In this document: positions 1 through 14,263 of the stretch, piece after piece | Layout: each line of letters starts with the position of its first letter | Numbering within the stretch: position 1 is the stretch's first letter | Source of the DNA: Octopus bimaculoides | Taxonomy: Eukaryota | Assembly: GCF_001194135.2 (NCBI RefSeq) | Contig: NC_068983.1 | Span: 30,492,732 to 30,556,731 of the forward strand | DNA: 64,000 bases | Reading direction: 5' to 3' | Translations under genes and position numbers: made by a program | The notes under the pieces: generated by a model | Seen by the model: only the letters and a program-made list of their open reading frames with translations | What the model was told of the DNA's origin: nothing | Database searches by the model: none

Positions 1-319
1 CAGTCATATCAGTTCGCTTACAATTTTAATGCTCTTTGCAAAATCCTGAATATCTAAATTTCTACTTGTTTTAGATTTCTTAGACTTTTTCCCTCGGCTA
101 GTAATTCATTGTTATTTAGCGATACAACTATGCTAAAGAATAATGATACCCACCAATAAATTGATTTAATTATTATTAATAGGTTATATTGACTATTTTA
201 ATTAATTACGATTGATTCTGTCTACAGTTAAAATACATGGTTCGTAAGCGTAATCCATTTTGAATGTTGCAAAACTATATCAGCAAGAGATATCGCTGTG
301 GTTGAAACAAGAAGGAACT

Positions 320-522
320 TCTACGTGGTCGCTCGCTCTGTAAGAAATAGCCATCAAACTTTCCTCACACTACAGCCTGGCGTCTTACAACACGACACAC
401 TGGATGATGTGGCCCTGGGCTCAATGTACTTGCGAAAATTCTGGTATAGTCATCGTTGGAATGCCTATGCTAAAGAAGTTTGGTTGCTCATAGTTGACGA
501 GGAGTTAAGTATCAACAACAAC
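320..522 (+). mobile_element. Interspersed (CAA)n-tailed repeat; degenerate copies at about 6860, 22960, 27090, 27400, 32700, 33530 and 35210
   Basis: Shared ...agaaatagcc..caaa...gtcatcgttggaatgcct...aacaacaac layout. Confidence 0.5.
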
Positions 523-1270
523 AGCATTAGTATAATAACTAATTCCTCATATCTCACTGTTATGTTAATGACTTGTAGCAAACAGCGTGTTACAAATAAT
601 TTTTAGCTAATTCTCTTTTCGTTCTTATAGTTAATAAATTGTGGCAAATGATTTGTTTACTGCTATAGTTAATTATAACAAGGAGCTAATAGCTTGGGTA
701 AATTTTAGCTGTTACTTGCATTTCACGGTATAGTAAATAACTAAGTTTGTAGCAAAGAATTTTTAAAAATAATTATCTCTATTTCACTGTTATAGCTAAT
801 AGCTTTGTTGCAAATAACTTCCAGTTTAATCACTAACATTTCACAGTTATAGGTAATAACTTATAGTAAATAGGTTTCTATTTAATTGCCTAGATCTCAA
901 AGTCATTTACAAGCTAAGAGCTTGTAAATAATTTTCAGTTTAATTACTCACCTTTCACTACCATACCTGATTGCTAATACTCCGTAGCTAATTTTCTGTA
1001 TATCACTGTTTTTATCCTTTGTTAATGTATTAGTTTTTCCTCACCCTTGTGAACAATGCAGTTTATCTTAGATTCCTTTCACAGCTCTGAAGATGACCAA
1101 GAACAAAGTTGGGTAAGGTAATTAATATAAAACAATTAACTCGAACTATTCTCATTTTGTTAGCCTTTGGCGAATAATCTAACAAATTTGCTATACGTTG
1201 TCTCAATGATATATATATTCTAAAGAGAATTAGAACTGTTCAAATACCTCCGCTGCATCCATCGTAACAG

Positions 1271-1456
1271 GACCAGTTTTATTAGGGACTCAACCATGCC
1301 TATACACGTCCCAGTGTAAGAAAATTCATCCTCTGAGTAGCTGCACTCTATCCAACACTATCAAGGACGAAAGTAATAGTGATAATGATGAGTATTTGCG
1401 TTGTCTTTGCCCGAATGACTACTTTATCGGCCTTTACAGAAGAAATTGTATAAAAT
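1271..1456 (+). CDS. Exon, EB/EGF-like 6-Cys module with acidic insert ([61 protein letters not shown])
   Basis: Acceptor catcgtaacag|ga, donor aaaat|gtaagt, 186 nt, phase 1-1. Same xP...C-x5-C-x8-C...CxC...C layout as the next two exons. Not in the ORF track. Confidence 0.75.
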
Positions 1457-4400
1457 GTAAGTATTAGTATTTTCTTTTTACCTGGTTGGATGAAAGGGAA
1501 TGTCGAACTTGGCCGAATTAGAATTCAGTGCGTTGAGAGACAATAGTAAATATCTCAAATCATTTATGTTTATGATTCTATCGATTTTGCAATGCTCCGT
1601 TTTAGATACATTAAAAAAAAATTAGAATCAAATTACGTTTACAACCATTTACGTTGGTCCAGATCATACGACAAGACTCTTGTCCCAAACGTGAGATTAG
1701 TTTACAATTCTGATGGTAAGCCAGGTCGATTTTGTCTTTCTTCCTTGTGAGCTCAATAAATATTATACAAGCATACAAACACTGAGGTTAATATTGTGTG
1801 GCAATTTATTCACCTCCTTTTCAATACTCATAGCCCCCTCTCCAGAGAGGAACACCGATAAATTGCTTTACTTGAAGGCGATACTCCAGTATAGATCATT
1901 CTAATAACTAAAAACACTGAATGTATAAAAGAATAACACCTTTGCCAAAAGAATTTCTTTTTGAGTAAAATCAGTTTGCTGATGGACGTTTAAGCATAAT
2001 TTTCAGGAAATTAGATAAAATGTATTACATCTTGCTTTCAGTCTTGAAAAGAATATCATTAAAATGTTGGTAAACAGTGAATACTTAACCGCACATGAAT
2101 ATCTTCTAATTAGAATGGAATATTTTGCAACCAGTCAAAAGTGTATTTCGACTGATGAAGTTATAACGAAAACAGAAGATGGCATTCTTTCATATATATA
2201 TGACATACGTAATGATTTCTTTCGATAAATTATCGAAGTAATTTGCATAAAAATATGAAAATCGTCATAGAAATTACCACAGAAATGGTTTGGAAAACAC
2301 AGAAATTATCACATTAGAATATAGATTTTGAAACATAATTTCACAAATATTATCATGGAAATTATCATAGAAATGTGAAATTGTCACAGAATTTCTCTCG
2401 CTGATCTCTTTGTGTGAAGTATACAACTGAAAAAAAAAAAAAAAAAAAAATTAGCGCAAGATATTTTGAAATTTTGACTTGGTCTAAATACGAAGATTAA
2501 ATCCTTAATTATACTATTTACTTATTTCCAGTGCCTCATAAATTAAATGACTCATGTTTAACTACATCGCAATGCTCCCTTGCTATTAAAAACAGTGTGT
2601 GTAATAAGTCACAGTGTATCTGCCGAGACAAGCATTTTGAAACAGACAGAGGAAGGCTATGTCACTCTTGTGAGTATCATCATTTCTCATTCAATAAATA
2701 TATTTTACATTATATACGCACATATACTCACCCACATAAATGTATATACGTGTGTGTATATATATATGTGTGTGTGAGTGAGTGAGTGTGTGTGTGTGTG
2801 ACCAAATGGTTACGACTTTCGCGATATCCTGAGTTCGGTCTTGGGCAAATATGATATTTAGCGTAATGATATATATATATATATATATANNNNNNNNNNN
2901 NNNNNNNNNNNNNNNNNNNNNNNNNNNNNNNNNNNNNNNNNNNNNNNNNNNNNNNNNNNNNNNNNNNNNNNNNNNNNNNNNNNNNNNNNNNNNNNNNNNN
3001 NNNNNNNNNNNNNNNNNNNNNNNNNNNNNNNNNNNNNCAGTCAAATCCTGACTCTAAACCACAATAAATGTTCATATAGCACAAGGAGCGAAGACGAAGA
3101 CAAAATAAACCAGCTATTTTTCAGCGTGGCGGTATCTCTTAGATACCCTGTATTATAATTTTAAATAATTATTACCTTTGATGGTTTTTATTCCCATGCT
3201 GGCCACTTGATAAAGTCAATATTTTAAATATCGATCTTATCCTTATTTATATATATATATATATATATATAGATATAGATATATATATATATAATCTTCA
3301 AGCCAGACTCAATGATGTCTGGATCTATGACACTTCCATCATTCGCCACGGCTCCAAATACCATCATAGAGGCAGGATTCTTAGTCTCAAACACAGGGGG
3401 TGCATCGGAAGGGATGTATACAATCACTCAAGAATTTCTGCGATTCACCTCAGGGTCTACAGTGAACTTCTTGTCAACATACACGAGAGTTTTTCCTGCA
3501 ACTTGATGCTTGATGAATGACAGAAGCTTTGAACATCTCTCGGCTCTGATTGTTTTAGCCTTGACTGTGAAGAGGTGACGACGTCGTCAAAAATAACTAG
3601 TCATGCCAAGGTTCCTGTTCACAGTGAATGGGTTGGCTTCAATCGAGCGTTTGAGGCTAGCGACAAACTTTGAATTGCTTGGAATCACTTCGAGTCTTGT
3701 GTTCTTTTCTATCAATCTTTTCCTCTTCTTTAAATGGTTTATACAAATGATAAACTGTTGATTTTGGAAGTTTCGTCGACTTGACAATTTAGCGTGCGCT
3801 AAAACAACAATAGCGGAACGATTCTGTTGTTCCATGACTTTCCGTTGTCGAATTATTTCGCTATTTACCTGAAAAATAAAGAGAAGGATTAGATTTTCAA
3901 GCAGGCAAGGTTTTGTCAAAAAAAGGAAATGTTAAACCCACTAAGTCAACTGTTTAAAATTGGTCTCAGTTTATCTGCAAGACCCTGTACTATGAATATA
4001 AAAAAAACACATACCAGTAACGATACCTCTACGGGTTTGCTAGATATGTTAGAATTACTAACTATGTCTCTTTGGTATTACACCCTATGGTCTGCAGAAA
4101 GCAAAGGGCATACTGAATAATGTAAACCTACCAACATTAGGTTTGAAAAAAATATATATAAATAACGTGGATAGAGTTGTAATACCTTTATTCACAGATC
4201 TACTCTGTCAGAACTGACTTGGGACTAGATATTACCAACACTTACTGATATATATACTTCGATGTAACAAATGGTGTGAGACTTGTTTGAACAGAGAACC
4301 GATACATTGTATTGTATTTATATAAGGGATAAGAATACGTTACAAAAAAGGTGCATGTTACATATAGAAAATTAGTGCTCAGATCGGACTAGATACTGAA

Positions 4401-7400
4401 ATCTAACGTTGAACAAAGGTAGATGGAATCCAGGCAGACAAGAGTTAGCTAAAAGCAATGTATCATCCGAGCTAATGAAAGTACAATAAAACAGAAGATG
4501 GGCAGGCGGTTGTTGATGGCGTCAAAATAGTTTCTGTGATATCAGAGTATGAACTTTCAGGATATCAATCTATCTATGAAGAACCACTATGAACCCTCGA
4601 TTCCCTGATTTTCCTTTCCTTTCATTCTTTATTTATTGTTTGATTCACATATATTTCTCTTTCTCTCTCTCTGGAATATTTTGAAGTACACACATCAAGC
4701 TATAAATAAAAGCATGCTAATATTGGGTTGAAAAATCCCTTTTCGATAGGCAAAGACTATAAAATTCTCCTGATGTCAACTAATATATATTGTTTCGATA
4801 CCATTAACAAGCGCCTGGCTCCCTTTATTTTATCAAACTGTATTTATATAACCACTTCAATCGATAAATTAAATTTTGAAACAAATTCACAAACAAAATG
4901 AAGATAAACCAAACCAAAAGCAAGTATACTATTCCCGTTTACTTTCTTTCTACTTACGAAACTAAATGTTTTGTAAATTGGGTAACGTTTTAAGAAGGTT
5001 GATACTATAAAGATTTCAGTGTGAGCTTTTTACAGCTAGAACTACGAATCAGTTATTAATTTTCTGTAATGTATGGGCTATTTTTGCATTTTTGCATCCA
5101 AGTATTCAGAGCAAGAACTAAGAATTCTTGTAAATAGTTAATACATTGTTGTTGGCACTCCGTCGCTTACGACGTCGAGGGTTCCAGTTGATCCGATCAA
5201 CGGAACAACCTGCTCGTGAAATTAACGTGCAAGTGGCTGAGCACTCTACAGACACGTGTACCCTTAATGTAGTTCTCGGGGACATTCAGCATGACACAGT
5301 GTGACAAGGCTGACCCTTTGAATTACAGGCACAACAGAAACAGGAAGTAAATGTGAGAGAAAGTTGTGGTGGAAGAGTACAGCAGGGTTCGCCACCATCC
5401 CCTGCCGGAGCCTCGTGGAGCTTTAGGTGTTTTCGTTCAATAAACACTCACAACGCCCGGTCTGGGAATCGAAACCGCGAGTCTGCTGCCCTAACCACTG
5501 GGCCATTGCGCTTCCACAGTTAATACATTAAGATGTAAGTAATAGTCACTGACAGTCATCTGTTAGAGATGAACTATTCTCTAGTCTAAAAGAAAGAGAA
5601 AATTCAATACGAAATGTAGTCATTAATACTATATTTCCCCGTATATTAATATTCCTCTTGAACGCTTACAACTTTCGAGTAACTATTATTGATATTTATC
5701 TGATACATTAAACATTTTGTCTTTCTTTCTATATTTTTGCAGTGCCAAAATTTGTTGGCGACAGATGTGAAACCCACTCGCATTGTTACTCTCGATTGAA
5801 TAATACAGAATGTGTCAAAAATAAAACTTGTATCTGTAAATATGGATTCAGCAGTTCGCCCGACGATTCGAAGTGTGTCTCACGTAAGTATTGCTATAAT
5901 GACAATAACGGTTTCAAGTTTTGGCACAAGGCCAGCAATTTCGGGGTAAGAGGCAAGTCAATTACATCGACCTTAACGCTTAACTGATACTTATTTTATT
6001 GACCCCGAAAGGATGACAGGCATAGTAGACCTAAATTCAATGTAAAGACGGACGAAATACCGTAAACATTTGCCTAGCATGCTAACGAATTCTGCCGCCT
6101 TTTAAATAATAATAATAATAATCCTTTCTACTGTAAGCACAAGGCCCGAAATTTTTGGGGGAGAGATAAATTGATTACACCGACTTCAGTGTTTCACTGG
6201 TACTTACTTTATCGACCCCGAAAGGATGAAAGGCAAAGTCGACCTTGGCGGAATTTGAACTCAGAACGCAAAGATGGATGAAATGCCGCTAAGCATTTTG
6301 CCCGGCATGCTAACGATTCTGCCAGCTCGTCGCCATAATAATAATAATAGTTATATCAGTAGTGGAGTAGTCACTACTGATAAGTTTGTAATTTTCAAAC
6401 GAAACTAGTAATAGATAGATAGATAAAGAGAGAGTTCAACTCCTTCAAACGTCAAATTTTCCCTTTCATTCTAATGGAGTCGAAATAATCGGCTATACCC
6501 ACCATCCAAATTGTATACCCATGTAAAAAGAAAATCAGCGTTAAATAAGATTTATTTACAGCTGTTACGTTCTTATTTCAATTCCTGCCAAGGTCAGCTT
6601 TACGTTTCATTCTTTCGATAAAATACGTACCAGTTCAGCACTAAGGTCGAATTAATCAACAACCCTCCCACCTCTAAAGTCATTGGCTTTTTTTTTTTGT
6701 TAAAATTTGAAATCATTACCAAATATAAGGAGAGCCTTGATTTGGAAGAATCCCGCGAGATCAACTTTTACCTTTCATTCTTCCTGAATCGATATAATCG
6801 ACTCATTCCTTTTCTATGTGCCTAGATTAGAATTTATTATTAACATGAAAGATCTTCTACGTAATCGTTCGACTTGCTGGAAATAGTAACCAAATCTTCT
6901 TCACATCGGATAAGAGACTTATACTCAGAAAAAAAAAATGAGAGATGGTTATGAGTGGAACGCTTTTGGTCGTATGCCTGCTTAATCAGGGACTGAACGA
7001 CAACAACATGTAAGTGGCCATCTTATAATAAAGATGAGCGTCAAGTGAGTCGTGTGTGGTTTCCATTTCCTGTTGAAACCAATTCACTTCAGTTACGCCA
7101 CCACTAATGGCTTTCATAACCACATAGAGTTCACACACGCATATGTGTTTGTAAGAATACAAATATAATATTCACATGTACAATTACACACAATAAATAT
7201 ATGTTCTAAAAGTGTGAGATATATTTGATTTCATATAAATATGAGATTTAAAATATTACAGTCGGATAAATGTTTTCTGTAATTATATGGTCATATGTCC
7301 AGCCAAAAACAGACTAATGGATATTAGTTTCTATGGCAGTAATACTTAAGAGCGAAAGCTAGAAATCAAAGTAGTAAAGGTGTCAAGAAAATGATATTTG

Positions 7401-10400
7401 GAGAATAATCTTAAATTTAAAGTTTATTTCTAGAAACAGAAACGAATCATGTATCAATGACTTTTTTCTATTTTGTAAACACGTAAAATATTCTAGTTTT
7501 AAATATCAGTTTAATTAAGTCGCAAAATCCATGATGATAGTAGCAGGCGAACTGGCAGAAGCGTTAGACCTTGCGGCATCCGTTCCAGTTTTTAGCATTC
7601 CGAGTTCAAGCAGTGTTGAAACACACACACACTCACACATATAATGTATACGGTGGGCTTCCTTCAGTTTTCGTCTACCAAATCCACTCACAAGGTTTTG
7701 GTCGGCTCGAGCCAATAGCAGAAGACACTTACCTAAGGTGCCACGCAGTGGGACCGAACCCAGAACCATGTGGTTAGGAAGCAAGCTTCCTATGTAAAAC
7801 TCTTAAATATAGATTTGGTTATTTCCTGAAACATGTTCATGATATCCTAATTTTTAGAATAGTTTTGATTGATCCCATGAAATACAATTTTAATTTGAAA
7901 ACTAGTTAATAGCATTGAAATTAATTCGGAAAAGCTATGCTTATTGAGCATAGCTTTTCCTCAAACCTGAGGAATCAAAAGGCAGGTTACCTGATTTTCA
8001 TGGTATAAAGTGACAGAGATCTCAACATTCCTCCGGAAAGGGATGCTGGACTGTTGCAGGGTACGAGACCAGCGATTTTGAGGGCAGTAGGCAAATCAAT
8101 CACATCGACACCAGTACTTGACTGGTGCTTTATTTTATCGACCCTGAATGGATGAATAGCAAAGTTGACTACGGTCGGATTTGAACTAAGAACGTAAGCC
8201 GGAAGAAATGTCGTTAATCATTGTGTGCGACACGCTAACGATTCTGCCAGCTCGTCCATCGGTTACATAGTTTTGTTCAATTTTATTTAAAGCTTTGCTT
8301 TATTTGAATCTGTGTTAATTTATAGATTAGTATCTATTTTTCCCTCTCCACATTGCAGGCCCGACATTACCTCCATACGTATCAATGCCACTTCTGAACT
8401 ATACAACTTGTGATGAGTCTAATTCATGTGGTCGAAATGAACACTGCGTGAACATTACAGAACGGAAATCAATATGTCAATGTATACCTGGTTATTCATC
8501 TACTGTAGGCGAAAAACTAAATTGTATAGGTATGTATTACTTTATAACAGATGTTTTAAAAGTTGCTTGTTTTGAATCCTGTCATTGTTGCTACACTGTG
8601 TTCTTTTGGCCAAGATACTCAGTTTTCAGCCGACGGAAAAAGCCCATTTATCAAACAGTGTGTAATAGAACATAGAATGACTTATCTGTATATAAAGTAT
8701 TAGGTAAAGTGCTCTGAAGTTTTTAGACGTTTCATTGAAATACTGTCAGGTTTGACTTCGCTTTCATCCTTCTTGCGTATGTTTATCTTTTACTTGTTTA
8801 CGTCATTAGACTGCAGTCATGCTTGGGCACCACCTTGAACATTTTGTAGAATGAATTGATCTAAGTATTTAATTTTGTTAAGCCTGGCTTGTAAGCAATA
8901 GCTAACACACACACACACACAAGTGTGTGAGACTAGCTTCTTTCAGTTTCCGTTTACTATATCTACTCACAAGGCTTTGGTCAGCCCGAGATTATAATAG
9001 AAGACACTTTTCCAATGTGCCACACAGTGAAACTGAACCCGGGACCATGTGGTTGGGAAGCAAGTTTCTTACCACACAGCCATGCCATCAAATAAGTATT
9101 GCTTAACTGTAGGTCGTCCCTGTTTTGGAAGTCTACAAAATGTCGTCGGTACTGCCCCTCTCTCCTAAGTAAGTAATGGACAATATCTGGTAATTGTTGT
9201 GTTGACCCATAATGAAAGAAGATTATTTCTCTGCCGGTGTGATTTGAACTGGATGAATTTATAATATTTTGCGTTGAACACTGTTAAGCCAACTGAAACA
9301 AGTGAAAGATTAACACACACAGTTATTAGAGGGAAAAGTGATATAAAGATTTTTCTTTTCTATTTATAATTATTTCATTTTACTTCAAAACAATTTTATG
9401 TCTACTTCTATTTGGTACATTGGCATCATATGTAGTATACTTGATGCAACTTTAATTCTTTCTGAGATCAAATAGCAGGAATATATAATCGTCGTGAATA
9501 AAGTTACACCAAATCGTAATATACACTGACAACTATTAATGTGATTTTGTCGAAATTTTGATACCTTTTACGCACCATAAATTTCAGTTTACTTCAATGA
9601 GAATATCATAATTACTACATTCTGTGCCAAAACAAACTCGTGGAAGAAACTGTTTAATTTCACTAATAAATGTGAATAATATTGCGAAGTTTGAAATATT
9701 AAACTAGATTTCGTAGAAGCTCTTAAAATGTTTCTAACAACTTTAAACTTAATGAGAGCTAAAGTAAATTTAGGCAAGAAATTATTATAAAGACTGCTAG
9801 CTAAGAAAGCTTTTGTTAATTTGTCAAAATATGACACCTTTCGTAGTCATAAACCAACATTATACCTTCCGTCATACAGTTCTATATTTATGAGATGAGG
9901 AATTATGTACATTATTTACATTCGACGGATATTTGTCCTCCTCTTATTTGTTGTTAACACAACGTTTCGGCTGATATACCCTCCAGCCTTCTTCAGCTTC
10001 TTCAGGTGTCTTGGGGGAAATTTCGAACCTGGGTTCTCATTCCTAAGGTATTTTTCGATGTTATTATTATTATTGTTAAGGTCACTGCTTGGAATATGCC
10101 CGTGGGCATATGGCGTAGTGGTTAAGAGCGCGGGCTACTAACCCCAAGATTCCGAGTTCGATTCCAAGTAGTGATCTTAACAATAATAATAATAACCTCG
10201 AAAAATACCTTAGGAATGAGAACCCAGGTTCGAAATTTCCCCAAGACACCTGAAGCAGGCTGGAGGGTATATCAGCCGAAACGTTGTGTTAACAACAAAC
10301 AAGATGAGGACAAATATCCGTCAAATGTAAATAACCTTCTATCATATTCTTGTTTGTTAATTTCTGGATATTTGTCAACTACGCACTTCGTATTTCTCTT

Positions 10401-11312
10401 TTGCTCACGTTTTGTTGGTCATCCTTATATCATATACCCAGGCCTATTCCCCATTTTTTTAGGAGGAGGTAGCCACAGCAAGACACACCAGGCATTCCAT
10501 TTATTTCCCAGCTCGAAGGGGCGAGCCTCGTTCTATGCTCTGGTTAAGACATAGAACGCAACCTCAAATATCAGCAGCGGGGCCCGACAGCATATGCTGG
10601 TTCTGTACCCCTTTGACCAACATCAAAATTCACTCATCCGTCCACTAACACTCTCCAAACTTTCCTATCACTTATAAACTCTCTTGCCTCTCTCACTCCA
10701 ACACCTAACAACCAAAGCTTTCCTCACTCCATCCATCCACACTAACCGAGGTCTGCCTCTGATTCTGCTGCCTACTACTTCAGCTTCATCACCCTTATTA
10801 CTATTCTCTCCATGTGGCCAAACCACCTCAATATTTGTCTATCCAATTTGATCACCACCGATCAAATATGATCAATAAAATCGGTGGCGTCAAACTGAAT
10901 GTGTTTTCATCTATTCTGATATTACTGGATCAGCTAACAATCTTACTAAAGCGATTTCTTTGTCGTAATATATCGGATTTCCAAATTTTTATATCAATGT
11001 TGTATAGAACATAACTCCTCACATTCTAGGGTTAAACATTTGTTGAGTTCAATACGTCTGCATGTGTGGTTTGATATCAAATTCTCCAAACGATCCTTTA
11101 ACATTGCATACGCTTCACGTTTAGCAAAATATTGTATTTTTGTGTAGTTTTAACCTGAATGTTAAAGACCTGGCTTCACTGAAAAGTCAATCATTCGTAT
11201 CTGTCTTACTGTATTTTGTATATTCAACAGTATAGTGTCGGTGTTTAATTTATACAGGCTTTTAGATTTGACACAGTAAAAAAAAAAGACTTTGCTAACT
11301 TTCTAATAGTGG

Positions 11313-11357
<45 letters not shown>

Positions 11358-14226
11358 CTCTTCTAAATGGAGTGTACTCAATGAATTAATTTACTCGGTT
11401 ATATCGGCATTATTTCATCGATCTATATGTATCGAATGGTTAAGTTCGCTTTTATTTCTCTCTCTCTCTCTCTCTCTCTCTCACATTACATTCTACTTCG
11501 CGCGTCGAATCCCATTGTTACAATAGAATTACAACAGAAGATAATCATATGAAGTTTTGGGTGATGGTGGGGCTTGTCAGTTACATCGACCCCACTGCAC
11601 AATTGGTACTTATTTTATCGACCCCAAAAGGATGAAAGCCAAAATTGTTTTAGCGGATTTTAACTCGGAATCAAAGACGGACGAAATGCCTCCAAGCATT
11701 TTGTTCGGAATGTTAACAATTTCACCAGCTCGCTGCCTTGGTACTACTAATAATAATGTCTATTATTACACACTTTTAGTGTGTGAAGTAGTTACTTCGC
11801 TGTCGAAAGAAAACCCCTATGTTGTTATCTCAAGTTTATTTTTGAAGATAAGAGACTAAGAAAGTCTAGTTTGAATTTGTGAAGACTGGTGGGAAAATCT
11901 TCGACACAAAAAGAAAAAAATGTAAGACTAACTTTTACATTAGCCACATGGCTGGAAGAAACGAAACAAACCAAAAAGCCAGTACCGTAACAGAAAAAAA
12001 AAATTAAAACAGATTTACGTACACAGAATGTCTTTCGACTTAGCGACAGAAATTCGGTGGTGCCTTATGGGAGGGAAGAGAAGGAAAAAGTACAGATGGA
12101 TCGAGAAAAAGATAGTAAGAACGAGAACGGATTATTGCGGAGATAAACCAGAGAAGGTAGGTCTGAAACGGAGAGGGGAATAGATGGAAATATAGATAAA
12201 CGGATATAAATAAGGGTGGATAGCTAAAAAGATAGGATAGAAAGATAAATGGAAGCGAGCGTTGAAAAGGAGGTGCGTAATTACAAAAAACGATATAGTC
12301 AATCAATGAAAACGATAGACAGAGAAAGCAGCAGAAAAGTAAATATGAAGAAATAAGAACTGATAGGTAAGTTGATACAGAGGGATAGAGATAAGTTATT
12401 TCTTTATTGCCCACGGAGGGGGAGGGGAGACCACATAGAGGAGACAGCACAGCCTGATTGGGGTCAGACACAAACATGATGGTTAAAAATTAATGCAGCA
12501 ATAAAATGATGAATTTGATGATACAAATTTCATTACAAAGTTACAAACATAAAAATGGGGCAAGGGAACAAGGTAAAGCTCCGACCCCACGAGCCCTGTT
12601 CTCCTGCCAACACCTTTCGGTACGACCTATGGCATGCGCACGAGGCGTCTTTCTCACACACAACACTCGTACTACACACGCCCATCTTTCTTTGAACATT
12701 CTCTCAGACAAACATCTCTCCAATCCCACTTTCCTTTTCAGGTGAAAAATCTCACCAACCCGAGGCCAGAGAGGAAGCTGTCTGTCGCTGATCCTTTCAC
12801 TCTTGTCTTCCATATCCCCTCTTTCGCAATTGCTACCACTGCAATTCTTACCTTCTTTCGTGAAGAAATCCAGTGGGTCAATTTTTAGAATTGACTCAGA
12901 CGACAACTGTACTCTTCTTGAACCCTGAACTGCAGGTGTTCCGCATAAGCCCACACTTGTGACAGGGATAGAGATAGGTATCGCACAACAAGGGGGAAAG
13001 CTAATATGCTTTTCAACCTCGAGGAAAATTAGTTTTAGACCAACCAGGAGATAAAAAAAAATTGGCCAGTAGAATGGTCATTTCGAAGATATAGAGGTTC
13101 TTGCACGATAAAGGAAGGTGATTGTGCTTTTTAGCTTCAGAAAAACCGTTTCTGCATCCTTGAATGTAACTACATCCGCTGCTCTCATGACTGATAACTT
13201 ATTATTGAGCTGGCAGAATTGTTAGCACTTTCTTCCAGCCCTTTACGTTCTCAGTTCAAATCCTGCCGAGGTTGACTGCTTTTTCATCCTTTTGGTGTCG
13301 ATAAAATAAAATAATCAATTACTGTATGTTGATGTAATCGACTAGCTCTTCCCAAAATTTCAGGCCTTGTGCCTATAGTAGAAAGGATTATTTAGTGGCT
13401 ATATCAAATATTCCCGTTTTTGTACAGAGCCTTATTCATTCTTTGTCTCACTTTCAAATCGTCCAAGTATCAAAAGGAATCCAATAATACATATAAATTA
13501 CCAGTACAACTTGATTATAAATACTTATGTGTATGTAGTTATATCTATGCGTTTAATAAACAAATATTTAGTCTCTCCGTAAAATAGGCTCCGTTTCCAG
13601 CGGCACGAAATACAGATCGATGTAACTAGTCTCCTCTTTAGTAATATTCAGAGATCGCTTGCTATTCCTTGTCTCCATGTTGTCGAGAGGAAATAGCATA
13701 CAAGTACTTATTAAAAATTATAAGATTGTGAATATTCTTAAGGGTTTACATTTCTTAAGACGATGGGATATAATATGAACGAGTTTGTTACTTCTAGCAG
13801 GTAAAGCGATCAGACAAAGTAGGCACGGGCAGCCTTTGTTCGGGGAGCAGGCTGCATTAGATATAGTACATCATCAGGTAGGCTGCACTATTAAAAAGAA
13901 AGACCCTAAGTTAATTTTTCGTTAGGTCCTTTGGCTGCAGGTTGTTAGAAATTGAAGTGGAGGTTTCCTCATTAGATCATGCTCATTGAGGAAGGTGTGG
14001 GTATGTGGTTAAGAAGATCGCGTTGCAACCGTGTTTTCGGGTTCAGTCCTACTGCGTGACACTTTGAGCAAGTGCTTTCTACCACAACGTTAGGTCCAAC
14101 TAATACCTTGTAAGAAAATTCGGTAGAGAGAAACTGTAAAGAAGACTGTTGTGTGTGTAATATATATATATATTCTTATTTTATCTAGTTTCAGCTCATG
14201 AGTTGTGGCCATGCTGGGGCACCGTC

Positions 14227-14263
<37 letters not shown>

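Noticed and set aside
1085-1112. Candidate 28-nt micro-exon (ctttcacag...gg|gtaagg)
   Set aside because: No frame ends in the phase 1 needed by exon 1, and there is no domain signal.
3833-3900. 5' UTR intron in the mariner element (strong acceptor before ATG)
   Set aside because: No canonical donor upstream within the element.
10104-10170. Functional tRNA gene
   Set aside because: No acceptor stem and a weak anticodon stem; it is the head of a repeat element.
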